Shown: in pieces, positions 45,531 to 58,229 of the stretch
Numbering within the stretch: the stretch's first letter is position 1
Layout: the number at the start of each line of letters is the position of its first letter
Assembly (NCBI RefSeq): GCF_000143415.4
Contig: NW_003314349.1
Span: forward strand, 691,172 to 755,171
Origin: Selaginella moellendorffii
Taxonomy: Eukaryota; Plantae; Lycopodiophyta
Length of the DNA stretch: 64,000 bases
Direction of reading: 5' to 3'
Notes under the pieces: generated by a model
What the model was told of the DNA's origin: nothing
The model's database searches: none
What the model saw: only the letters and a program-made list of their open reading frames with translations
Position numbers and translations under genes: made by a program

Positions 45531-47599
45531 CTTTATATAAGAATTTTCCTAAGCTGGAATTATAATTCACGTCCATAATCGGGGATAAATCTTCACTAGT
45601 TATAATAATAATTAATTTTAGTAATTATTGGTTAACCTATAGGGAAATATAGATATTTAAGTATGTTCTACCATCTATCTGTTGTTATTCATTCAGATTA
45701 ATCTTATATTTATCATTTATAACCATTTTTATTAATTAATTAAATAATTAATTTTATTTTGAAACTTTTTTATAATTTATAAACTTTCCTAAACACTTCC
45801 TAGTATATTCTAGTTTATTTTACCATCTAATCATTAATATTCAATAATATTAATCTTGTTTTTATAATTATAAACTTCCATTTGATTAATTGGGTTAATA
45901 AATAGGAATAAAACTACTATTAAGCAAACTAAGCATTGCTACATGCAAAGCATAATTGATAACTGAACAATATCTATAGCACAGTCATATCTATGTGATT
46001 GATTAAACAGAATTACCTTTAGTTAATTTATACTAGTAAGAAGAGGCAAACATAAACTAGACTTCACTTTGAAGAATTGAAAACAAAAAAGAATAAAACT
46101 TTGAGCTAAAATTTAAAATCCATCAACTTGCCAAATAAGCCAAGTATACAAACCCATTTCGTAAGCCAAGTAAAAGTTAATTACATCTTAGACCTTCACT
46201 CTGTCTTTGAGAATATCCAGCACAATATCGTCTCTACTACAAGGGATGGAATAGTGCACCCTATTGAGATGAAATACAGCTGTCTACAAAAGGTGATGGT
46301 GTGTGGCTAACAAAATCCATTTAGCCTTATCTCCCAAAACATCTCCAAAGACTCCTTGCTCCTTCCATTCTGAGCATAGCAAGAGAGGATCAAGTTCCAT
46401 GATACAATATCATGATGGTTTTATCCATGAACCTTGGAACACTAATATGGAGTCTCCACACTGGCCATACATGGAGATTAATGTGTTCTTGCTTGCTGGT
46501 GTCTCCCATGATCTAAGAGACTTGGCTTGTCATACCAGCACAAGCATCAATCATTGATAGTAGCTGAGATCATTGAGCTTGATACCATGAGTCTGGAAAC
46601 TTTGAGAGCTCCTTTGCAATTCCTGAGAAGCACTAACTTCTCTTACCAAGATTGGGATGATCCTGCAACATTGATTCATATGCAAACCAGGTGCATTTGC
46701 ACCGTGAAGAAAGGATTCCTTTTGAGCAAGACATGCACATCATGTTGTTCTGGAAAAATGAGAAAAGACACAATGTACAGAACTTAGAGGCATTTCCTGA
46801 GCTGGAAATGAAGGAGACGAACTAAGAAAATAACATACCAAATCAAATGTGTTAGCTTCATGAGCTTTTGTTTTGTAGAGTTTGCAAATTTTGTATCAGC
46901 AACATAAGCTAAAGATTGTACCAGAGATGATAAAGCAACATAGACTCGGCATTACCAAGAACAACACTTAACTATATCTTGAAAATTAGATATACTGAAG
47001 TATTTAATTCATAACCTATTGAAAATACCTCAATCCTTGTTTATTTCAATGGAAGCAAGCAATGGATAAAGAAAACATGTCTATCATTCATTTGTATGCA
47101 CATTTTCTATAAAGTGGTTCTTCCAATTTCAATTATAACTCTTAGGAGTTGATGGGTCAATAAGACAAAACTCAACTCTAATGGTTTTATCAACTGTCAT
47201 AAAGTTTAACCCATTGTACAAGGCTACAAAAAAACAACATGGTATAGATTATCTTAAGACATACTCTTCAATGGTGAAGATGATAAGTGTTAAACTTTTG
47301 TTTACTTTTGCTATTTGAGATTTATCACATTGATATCAAGTCTACTCTCCTAAATAGAAATTTGCAAGAAGATCTATATTTAATAGCCAAAAGACTATAC
47401 TTAATCTATATATCTTGTGGAAGTTAAAAAAAAGTTCTTTATAACTTTAAATAAACCTTTAAAGTATTGTGGTAGAAAATTAATACTTTTTTCAAAGCTG
47501 AAGGATTTTCTTACACTCCTAAATCCAATATTTATATCAAGTGATAAGGGAACAATTTATTTATTATTGCTCTCTACTATGATAAGTCATTTTGTATTA

Positions 47600-48420
47600 G
47601 CAAAAATTGTGAATATTTAGAGATTTTCAAGGCTAAACTTAGAAATTCTTTTTTAATAGAAGAACTTAGAGAAACTTTGATACTTTATTGATTTTAAGAT
47701 TCACCATGATAGAAAAATAGAATCTTTTAACATCTCCCATAACAAAAATACTTGACTAAAGTACTTAAAAGTTGTGGATAAATCCTTCTCATTTGCCTAT
47801 AAAACATGAAAATATTAAGTTTTTAACAAATGCTAAATGTCTAAGCCATAAAAATGTATTAATTTGAAATTTTCTTGGGAGTTTTATGTACGTTGTGGTG
47901 TGGCTTTGATTATCAACCAATTTTCTCCTAATTTTGGTAGAAAATATTGGAACATCTAAATCTGTGATATGCTATATAAAGCAAACTATTGCTTTTGGAG
48001 TGCTTTATAGTTCAAGTTATAATGACAGCAATTTGTTAGATTACAAAGGTAATCATAAATCCACAAAGGGTAGGGTTTTACTAAAAAAATAAATTTATAT
48101 TAGGGTATATTGCTATTTTTAGGTAAATTCTTTGGTTTCAAGAATGTCTTGGAGGTTTTGGGCAATTCTCCATACCAATTGCTCTTTATGTTGATAAGAA
48201 AATAGTTAAAATACCGCAATACTAGAAGTTATGACATAATGTCAAAACACTATTACTATGTAAAGAATTTAGTATACAAAAATTACTAAAGGTTCAATAC
48301 ATTTTCTCTTGACAATAACTTGCCAAGATCTTTACAAAACCATTAGCCAAAATTTTATATGTGGAACATAAGAATTTTATTTAAGTCATAGCCATGCCTT
48401 GATTGAGGAGGAGGTAGTAG
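47600..48420 (+). mobile_element. Ty1/Copia RT-RNaseH relic
   Basis: PIALYVD and LAKIFTKPL (ADIFTKPL-like) motifs followed by purine tract TTGAGGAGGAGG. Strongly AT-decayed. Confidence 0.6.
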
Positions 48421-49324
48421 TAACCCTTAGCTTTAAAAAGAGTATTGGAGCCAAAAGTTAGATATATGCTTTGCATCATGGAGATCAAGAGTTATATTTA
48501 ATGGCAATTTCAGGAGAGATTTCTAGATTTAGCTAACATCTAATTAGTAGTGCTTTTTTATTTCAAACAAAAAATTGTTTTTAGTTTCCTTTGAAAAGAT
48601 TTAATTCATTTTTTGATCTCATTGCAGTAGCAATAGTCACACCCTTGGCTTTAGGAGTGTTGGAGCTGAAATCTAAAGTGTAATAAGTGGCTTAAATTAT
48701 GGTGATAAAAATTCATATTCAATGTTAGATCAATGTAACTAGAATATAATTAGTAGTTCTTTCTTGTTTCAAAACACATAAACACTCATTGAATAAAAAA
48801 CTTAATATATATTAAATATTTTAAAGAAATTGTATAAATAATTCATTGAAGCTTACACATACTCTATTACAATATAGATAGATACAGCACAACAAATGAT
48901 TTCTTCTAACTGAAACAAAAGGTCATATACTTCAAAGTGTTTCATTTTATGTTATTCAAGGATATATTTTAACAAAAATAAATTAGCCTTTGTAGTTATG
49001 CCATAGGTGTAAGTAAGGACACACTCAGATAGCAACACACAAAAAATAAATAAGAGGTGCAAGTACACAAGTAGTATTATTATTTAGAAGAAGGCCAACC
49101 AACTTAATCTAATAGCAAACAAGAAATCCATGTCCAAATCAGCCATTAGGAGCTCTGAAAGTGGAAAAAAGGTGTTGATGCCTTTACAAGTCAATTGTTT
49201 TGAAGATATCAATGTCCATATATATAAATTATGACAATGACAAAAGCTCAAGAAAATAGAGCTTAATCTTGGGTTTGAAATTTAGGGTATGACAATGACA
49301 AAAGCCCAAAAAAATGAAATTTAA

Positions 49325-49980
49325 TGTAAGTAACCAAAGAGAATGACTCAACAGAAAATCCATAAAGATTTAAATATAAAAGGAAAAGACCTATGAATAA
49401 AAGTACACCCTTTTTTCCAATTAATTAAGGGTTTTGGGATACTATGTCTTTGGGTTTAAATAGTACTGGGTTTGGGTTTGAATAGTATTGGGTTGGGATT
49501 AAACGTCCTTAGTACTAGATTAGGGTTAAACGTCATTGGGTTTGAATAGTATTAGGTTAAGTGGCTTCTTGAGAAGTCCAAATTCAAGAGCTAACATTTC
49601 ATATTAGAGCAATCTTGGATTTGACTCTATTAGTTGGCTAGGGGAATCACACCATATATTAATTGATATTTAATAGGTTTAGCTGGGCTCGACTCGAGGG
49701 TTAGGGTGTCAAAAGAGTAGGGCTCTCGAGAAAGCTACGGGTTTTAACTTCAATTCACGAGGGCATGAATTTGTAAGGAAGGATAGTACATTAAACAAAA
49801 AAGAACAATTTAAAAGATGATTCATAAAAGTTTAAATATAGAGGGAAAAAATTTATAAATAAGAGTGTACCTTTTTTTTCAATTGATTAAGGGTCTTAAA
49901 ATATTTGGGGTTAAACATTTTTAAGTTTGAATAGTATTGAGTTTGTGGCCTCTTTGGAAGTTCAAATTCAAAAGCTTACA
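49325..49980 (+). mobile_element. Old Cassandra-type TRIM
   Basis: TGTAAG...CTTACA ends, two decayed LTRs with a 5S-like TAGTA..GGAAGTCC segment, and flanks TTTAA/CTTAA. Confidence 0.75.
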
Positions 49981-51390
49981 CTTAATCTTGGGTTTACACT
50001 TAGTTTTGGGTTTGAAGTTTAGAGTATGATAACCAAGAAAATGGAAGTTTAGGGTTTAGGGTAAAAAGTTAAACTAATTGCTTTTGAATTTTTTGTTTGC
50101 TTAAACAAATTTTTAAGAGAGTAAATATATTTTAATATGCTTGGATATTCTGGAATATTTTACAATCTAGTAGTTGTTATTCATTTAGATTAATCTTATA
50201 TTTGTAATTTATAAAATTTTACTTTATACCATCTAATGATTGATATGTGGTAAGATTAATCTTGTATTTATAAATTATACACTTTCAACTTAAACATGAT
50301 CATATTTTTAAAATAAGTTTTTCTAAATGGTGCTCAAACACTGTAAAGAGTATAGTTGGACTGTAAACACTTATAATATGGTTGATTTCAAGAAGTTATA
50401 TTGTTATTTAAAGAGATCGAACTACATGTTTACTTAAATAGTTCATTATGGAGTATAATACGAAATCACTAGTTAAATATAAACTTGGAATTCTCAACAA
50501 AATTTATTTTTGGCATATAATTATTGTGAATGTATAATAAAAATGTGGTTTATCTTTTATGCCCATAATACTCATTCAGCTTCATATAAACTTTTCTCCT
50601 TTGCAAAAATTTGAGAATTTTTTTAATGAACTATACATTGAGCAACTTGATAAACAAGAATAACACTATTATTACATACACTGTTTGGCTGTCAAATTAA
50701 AGTAAAAGTATTATTAAGTATTGTCAAATTTGTAATTAAATTTCCAAACCGTCCAGCTCTTATAAAACTTGTCAATTCCTTGCAAGCTGAAAAGAGTAAG
50801 TGCTACCTCCAGCCAAGAATGGTCATCACATTCCATAAGCATTGGTCCTGATTGGCAAACTCTAGTTGTCACGATCTTCATCTCCGACATCTTGCAATCT
50901 TTGCTGCATGCGAATGCTGGATTTTTAACTTGGTTCCAAGCCATTCGGAAAAAGCTTGCACTTTGATAAATCAAACTTGATATTTCTTTTTAAGGCTTTG
51001 CGTGATGGAATAGCAAAAGAAAAAGACCCAAATTGACAAACCAACCTTGGCACAAGAATGATCTTGCTCCATGGCCCGACCTCGTCCCGTTCCATCGCAT
51101 TTCTCTCAGGTCCCTAGCTCGGCCAGAGTCGAGACGAAAAGAGGAAATTAATTATTACTCCTGAATAAGCAAGCCCGAGAAAGAGCCGTTGACTTACATT
51201 GACTTTTATTGGTCAAAGAATCGTTGTCGAGATCCGCGATTCGTTAGTAAAGCTTTCTTCTGCAACAGTGATTTTTTTATGGCGCTTGTTCGCGGAAATC
51301 CGGTGAAGTAGCGAGGAAAAGAAAATTCTTTCTGGGCTATCGGTCTTGTCTTTTTTTCTTTGTGTATCTTCTTTCTAATGTTTTCTCCCG

Positions 51391-52652
51391 CTAGCACATT
51401 TGGCCGGGCTGGAGCTCTTGGCGACGAAGATGCCACTCCGCTAGCGGAAGAACGAGATATGGGCGCTCGCTGTCCACCGTGAAACGATCATCGTCCACCT
51501 TATGCGCGAAGAGTGTAGCACACAGCACAAGTGTGTAGTCCTTGGAGTCATTGCTAGCGGGAGCCTCGCATAACTGGGCGTGGGTGTGAACCAGAAGTAA
51601 GTCTCAGGCCTCCCGTAAGCATTAGCCCAGCTTGACTGCATTCCGTTCGCCATGATCGAAGCAACGTTCCTCGTTTCGGTCCCGTGCCACAGGAACTTCA
51701 ACATTGCTGGGGCGTCAGCTGGTTCGAATTCGTCACTGATGTTACCTGGTGATCATGCTCAAGCTGAAAAGAATTCCATAAGAAACAGTGAGTTCTTACC
51801 AAGATCGGGACGATACATTCGCAACCATTCATATGCTTCCGCAAACCGGGTGTAGGGAGCGTATGTCCCGCGATTTTGCACCGTGAGGAAAGGATTCCGC
51901 TTGAGCGAGATGGGCACATCGGTGCACTCCGTGTTGTTGACCAGTTTCTGGATAAACGAGCATGACACGATGTAGGGTAGCCCTCGGAGAGGCTGCATAT
52001 CCTGAGCACGATTTCAAAGCTCAAATGCAAAGATCCGGACCAGGAAAATAGCATACCAATTCAAGTGCGTCGTCGTCATCCTCAATGTCAGCTTGGTGAG
52101 CTTGGTCGTCTTGGAGATTCTGCATTAGAAAGCAGGAGATTCTGCTTTCTATCAGCAAAGCAAGCTAAAGCTGTGAACGAACCTTTTCCTTGGACTGACG
52201 AGAGCACGCAGAAGCACAGAGGGCTACCAGAGATGATGAGGCCCAGCAACATAGACTCGCCAGTCCTTGCTATAAAACACATATCGCTCGGACTCATATT
52301 TTGGCAAGAACAACGCTTGTACCAATTTGCTGTGAGCTCGCGGGGCCTGGAATTTAGCACAAGAAACTTTTAACGACTTTTAAAAAGAAGATCGAGTCAA
52401 AGCATACCGGTTGCTCGAGCGCCGGGTTCTCATTTCCCTGCATGAAAGAATATTGCCAGATTTCGAGATAAGTCCTAGGAAAGAAATCTGCATTGTACCG
52501 GAAACTCCTCGAGAGGTTGCGCGGCTAGTCGTGGCTCATCGTTCTGAGGAACAGATGCACTATAGCGCTGCCGGCAAAGGGATTATAACATCGCACCGTA
52601 CCTTTGCCGAGATTTCTAGAATTTCTTCGTCTCCTCCACTGCCAGGCTCCAT
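51391..52652 (-). pseudogene. ART paralog with a 1-nt frameshift after the YF..YA motifs
   Basis: LWHGTETRNVASIMANGMQSSWANAYGRPETYFWFTPTPSYARL, then GAGGCTCC-CGCTAG (versus GAGGCTCCACGCTAG in the 38.6-kb copy) shifts the frame. Confidence 0.82.
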
Positions 52653-53027
52653 CGCACGCTCGAAATCTTTGCATTGGCGCCAGCAGCAGAAACATTAGAA
52701 ATGCTTGACATCGGAGAAAGGATCGATCGAGCGCGATCACTTGCCTGCTGGCGGTCGGAAGCAGGATTATAAGAGCGCGAGGCTCGGGCGCGCATGGATT
52801 TCGAGCTGTTGGAGGCGAAGATGCGATAACCTAGCAAGCAACGGGCTCTTCTTCCCTCTACGAGCTTAAACCTTCACAGCCTCGCCAAACAGCAAATAGA
52901 AGACGACCACGTGTCAAAATAGCATATTCTGGCATCTTTTCAAAATTTCTCCCGGCTTCTTATTTTTCTCTTTAATAGTTGCCATATATAACAAACCGAA
53001 AGCGCATTTCTTCTGCAAGCTCTTAAA

Positions 53028-53095
53028 GGGGGTGTAGTGGTTTCCAAATTTTCAATACTGAAAAGATTTCCCGGGTTCGACTTCTGGCATCCCCA
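53028..53095 (+). ncRNA. tRNA-like cloverleaf element, copy
   Basis: GGGGGTG TA GTGGTTTCCAA A TTTTCAATACTGAAAA GATTTC CCGGGTTCGACTTCTGG CATCCCCA. Confidence 0.55.
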
Positions 53096-53119
53096 ACCTT
53101 AAATTTTTTGCTCTATCTA

Positions 53120-54502
53120 TACCTGGATATTCTTTGGTATGTTCTTCCTTCTCAACTCCTAAACTTGAGCTTGCTCCTCCCTCATGCCACTGCTCGCGTA
53201 GATCGCCTCCATCAACAAATACCCCGCCTCGTGCCTCGCCTCCACTTCAACCAGCCGATCGAAAGCAAGCCTCCCGACCGCCGCATTCTTCCACTTCTTG
53301 CAAGCGCCCAGCACCGTTCTCCAAGCAACACCACTCGCCTCGCAAGGCATGGCTTCCACCATCTCCACCGCTTCCTCCAGCTCGTTTGCGCGGCCGAGAG
53401 CGTCCACCATGCAGTGGTAGTGCTCGGCCCCGGGACGAACTCCATACTCATCTCCTTGAAGTAGCGCTTCGCTTGGTGGACAAGCCCGCCATGGCTGCAC
53501 GCCGTGAGCACGCAAAGAAGTGCGATCCCATCTGGTTGCAAGCCTTCGTCTTGCATCTCGTCAAAGACCTTGAAAACCATTCGCGTGTCCCCGTCACGGC
53601 TGTGTGCTGCTATCACGGACGTCCAGGCAACCGCGTCTGGTTTCTCCAGGGACTCGAAGACCAGCTGTGCCTTCGCTGCGGCCCCGGCTTTTCCATAGCC
53701 ATCGACGACGCCGTTCGCGACAACGGGATCGTCCTCGAGTCCACACCTGGAGATATCTGCCTGAATTCCCTTCAGAGGCTCCAAGGCTCCCACACTGCTG
53801 CTAGCTTTGAGAGCAGCCACGAAAGTTGGCGCGTCGGTTTTGTATCCCTGTGCTCGCATTCGATGGAAGAGTTGCAGGGAAAGCACCCCCTGACCACTTT
53901 CGGCGAGCCCGAGTATCATCACAGTCCATGACACCGCGTCGTGAAGGCGCACCTTTTGGAACACCTTCCAGGCGTCCCGGATGCTTCCACACTTGGCGTA
54001 GAAGCTGACGAGCGCGCTGGCTAGAAAAGTGTCCGAGTCGAATTCAAAGCTGGCCGCCCGAGCGTGAATTCCCACGGCTTTCTCGAGTGCCTCCTCATCT
54101 GTCTTCCCTGCTAGACTGCTGCAAGCCTTGAGTGCCGCACAAAACGTTCAAGAGGTTGGAACGCAGCTACTGTTTGTCTCGAAGATACTCAAGGCCTCTT
54201 CTGCTTCCCCGTTTGTGACATATCCCAGGATCAAAGCGTTCCCGAGACGGGATCCTGAGGCGTCATCCCATCAAAAACTTTTCGAGCGTCGGCCAAACTC
54301 CCACACTTGACGTACATGTCCACCAATGCGTTCGCCACACTGACGTCCGTGTCGTAGCCACTCTTGAATGCTTGAGAGCAAAGCTGCGCCTGTTCCCAGC
54401 GACTCAGCCTTCACCATCCTGCCTTCAACTTCCTTGGCTTCCTTTGTTGCTCTTAATACACTGCAGGCCCTGATCGCAACAGCAAAACTGTACACATTTG
54501 GT
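53120..54502 (-). pseudogene. PPR-B copy with several frameshifts, 5'-truncated
   Basis: ORFs 54271-54522, 53212-54075 and 53159-53515 give PPR and E motifs in different frames. Confidence 0.9.
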
Positions 54503-55270
54503 AGAAAGTGGAAAGGGAACAATATTTAAGTTTAGAATCGAAGAAATTCTTCCCTTCAATTTCTGCATTCCTGCAAGTATGCAAGCTTTGAAGTTCCGGC
54601 TGCCACCTGGTACAAAGTTTGGACGTCTGACACATCAGCCTCATCAGATACATATAGCAGATGTATTTCAGGCCTTCCTAAGAGACAACAGTTAGCAGTT
54701 TTATTAGGTTGGTGTTGGCAACCGTGGACCTGATAGCATCATCCATTTACAGCTGATGGATGCTGAGAATAAGCTGCAGTACTTCTTTTTATTTATTGAG
54801 AGCAAACACAGGCATACAAAATCTTTATAAAGCTCAATATAATGTACAGTAACAAAAATGGACAGCAAGCCAATTGAGAAGAAAACTTTGAGAAAAAAAT
54901 ATGGATGATAAAGCAATGGATGAATGAAGGTATCTATTTTCTAGTTGTGGGAGGTTAATTGTGTGCCTTTTCTGGTCTTTATGACAGATCAAGCATTGGG
55001 TAACTTGATTTCCAAAGTCAAAAAATCTAAAAGGATGGTGGTGCTTGTGCCAAAGGTTCATCAATGTTTATATGGGTAAGAGTCCAAGTTTTTTTAAAGC
55101 TCTTATTATTAGTTTTCTTTATGCTTTATTTGTATGTGTGTTTTGATCTTGTGTACAAACCTAGTAACGAGCAAGATGGCAGTTTTGATGAAGAGCCCAG
55201 CACGAAGAGGAATCGTTGGTGTTTTTAAAATGCTGTTACCATATTTAATATTAAACATAAAAGGATGTTT
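54503..55270 (+). pseudogene. Duplicated 3' (nuclease) exons of the second CR gene
   Basis: GKGTIFKFRIEEILPFNFCIPASMQALKF...FIESKH, with the same junction to PPR-B as at 44793. Confidence 0.88.
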
Positions 55271-55715
55271 AAACACTATGTGAAGATTTATCCTGTGTGT
55301 TTTGTCATTATAATTCCAGCTTAGGAAAATTCTTATATAAAGCTAATCTTCAATAGTTATAATAATAATTAATTTTAGTAATTATTGGTTAACCTATAGG
55401 GGTGGAAATACTTAGAATATTCTTAGATATTTAAGGATATTCTACCATCCAATGGTTGTTATTCATTTAGATTAATCCTTTATTTATAATTTATAAACAT
55501 TTTATTATTTTATATTAATTTTTATTAATTATTTTTGAACTTTTTTATGTTGTATAAACTTTCCTAAACACTTCCTAGTATATTCTAGTTTATTTTACCA
55601 TCTAATCATTTAATCTTGTGTTTATATTTATAAACTTCCATTTGATTAATTAGGTTAATAAATAGGAATAACACTATTATAAAACTTTGAGCTAAAAATT
55701 AAAATCTATCAACTT

Positions 55716-55772
55716 GCCAAATAAGCCAAATGAGCCAAATAAGCCAAATCAGCCAAATAAGCCAAATGAGCC
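55716..55772. repeat. 9-bp tandem repeat (GCCAAATNA, six units) at a deletion junction
   Basis: gccaaataa gccaaatga gccaaataa gccaaatca gccaaataa gccaaatga gcc. Confidence 0.9.
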
Positions 55773-57263
55773 TGGAAACTTTGAGAGCTCCCTTGCAATT
55801 CATGAGAAGCACTAACTTCTCTTACCAAGATTGGGATGATCCTTTCACATTGATTCATATGCAAACCAGGTGCATTTGCACTGTGAAGAAAGGATTCCTT
55901 TTGAGCAAGACATGCACATCGTGTTGTTCTGGAAAAATGAGAAAAGACACAATGTACAGATGACTCAGAGGACAGGAGCGAGTGGTCTGGATTGAAACCA
56001 ATCCGACGGCTACCAAAATCCCACTACGCTAATATTAGTATACGGCATCGTAGCCATACACTTGACCCTCACACTATAAAAATTATTAAATATTTATTTC
56101 AAAATTTGTATAAAGGTTATGATTGTGCCATAATTGAAATCCATTCAGTAACATAACAACCTAAATTGGGATGAAATTTCATCTTTTTTAAATACATGTT
56201 ATATATCTACTCTAGAGGTGATCTAGAGACTTTCTAAATTTAAAATGCATGGTCATTCAACCCTTTTAATCCGACTCCTATCCATCTTCTAAAATTTTAA
56301 AATGTCTATTTTATAAAAGGTTCTAAACAAATAACACTTCAAAAAGCTACTCAAAATGGTATAATATTGATAAAATAATTGAACTAAATATAAATGACCT
56401 AAATGCTAGACAATATCCATTTCCTAAAATAACTAACAATATACCATCCTGTCCTTTATATCAGGTATGGAGGACACCACCTCTGCCGCCACCCTTCAAG
56501 CTGTAAAGCTCCTCCTCTACTTCTTGGTAAGTTGCTCTAGATTTTGAATTAAGTCAAAGTGTTCTAGTCAAACTGTTAGTTGGGAATGTAAACATTTTTT
56601 GTGCATTTATATTATACATTTAACTTTACACTTATTGGCAAATTTGACATACAAGAAATGTTATTCCCCAAATGTATTCTATGTCACTATCCAATGTTAA
56701 ATTATGTCACTTATATATAATTTTCCTCCATAAAAGAGGTGTTACATCTTATAACAACTTTGTAAGCAACCAAAGAGAACTGTAAGAGACTAATGTTTCC
56801 ATTATATTTTAGCCACTTAATCACACTTTTGACTATTTAGAGAAGTCTCACTCATAACCTCCATAAGTTTTATTCCTGCATTGGGGACATGCTATCCTCT
56901 TGAATGGCATCTATGCCATTTAACCTTTGCACTTGGTCTAAGTGCTTTATGTGTTCAATCCCATAAATAACATCTAAAGGTACCACTGACATATCGGACT
57001 GTTACACTAAATACATGTTCATTCACCCTTGTCACGTCGATAATACAAAACCATTTGCATCATAATCCCGTCTCTTAAAGACTGGGCCATCTCTCTATGA
57101 CTGGTCATCCTTTGACCACATTTTAGCACCTTTATGATGCCCAAAAATATGGGAAACACCCTTATCCAATGTCTTTTATTCCATTCCCACTAAGTCCCTT
57201 TCTATCCACGGCCGTGCTTACCAACACTACCACCAAGTTAAGGCCCAAAGGCCCGACCACTAA

Positions 57264-57626
57264 GGGTGGGTTCCATGTGTCCCCCACCTGGAAATTTCTC
57301 ACCTTAAAAAACAAAAACTTCCCCCTTCTAAAATTTTAAGGTTATATGTAACCCACCCTTAAAAATGCTATGTGATAATATAGTTTTTCCCAACTTAGTT
57401 AAATTCATTTTGTCTTTTTCAAGTAATAATTACTATTTTTATATGTGGCACTATTTTATTAACTTGTTCTACTGAGTTCCAGGCATTAGAAGAAATTTTC
57501 AAAGGGGACACCAAATTCCCCCTTCCCTCAAATTCCATTGCTATGTCAGTGGGGTGCATGGAACAAGGGGTTAAAAGTTTCCCCTCTTGAAAAACTTCCC
57601 TTAAAGGGACACATGGAACCCCATCC
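57264..57626. mobile_element. Tourist-like (PIF/Harbinger) MITE
   Basis: Terminal inverted repeats GGGTGGGTTCCATGTGTCCC and GGGACACATGGAACCCCATCC, with TAA on both sides. Confidence 0.8.
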
Positions 57627-58229
57627 TAAGTTCCACTAACCTTTGGGACTTCTTCACTATGTGATTGTATCCTTGGTCACTACACCAAAAAATTACTCTT
57701 TTTTCCTTTCATAGTCTGGGACTTTGGGATGATATTTTAAAACACCATGGCTCTACACGAACCTTGTGGTACTCTCTCCACCTTCCATCCTTAAGTGCCC
57801 TAACCATATGGTTAAAGTGAGGTTTTGATGAGCTATATTAAGTATCCAAGTAAATAGTGCCACCCACATTTGGATTAGGAGCATTGACCATTCGATCTCC
57901 TAGAAGAGCTAGAGTTAACTTTTGAACACTTCACCAAGTACCCCATTTGCTTGTCCATATTCACTCTAGCCTTGGGACTCGTCAGTGGTAATATTATCAC
58001 CCAACACGTGAGTATATCCTTCCTTCATCACACTGGCATTTCCTAACTAAATTGGCTCCACTAGAACCTTCCCTCTACACTCTCCCTAATATACTTTTGG
58101 AACCCCTTGCATCCTGCCCTCTGGGAGACGATCGCTTTGGGCTTTCACCCCACATACCCTTTATTGGTTTTCAGACTTAAACTTGGACTTGGATTCGGTC
58201 TCAGACTTGATCTTGGTCTTGATCTCAAT

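Noticed and set aside
40275-53931. Long plus-strand ORFs 40275-41189, 43357-44298 and 53134-53931
   Set aside because: They are antisense shadows of GC-rich PPR-B coding sequence and have no domain motifs of their own.
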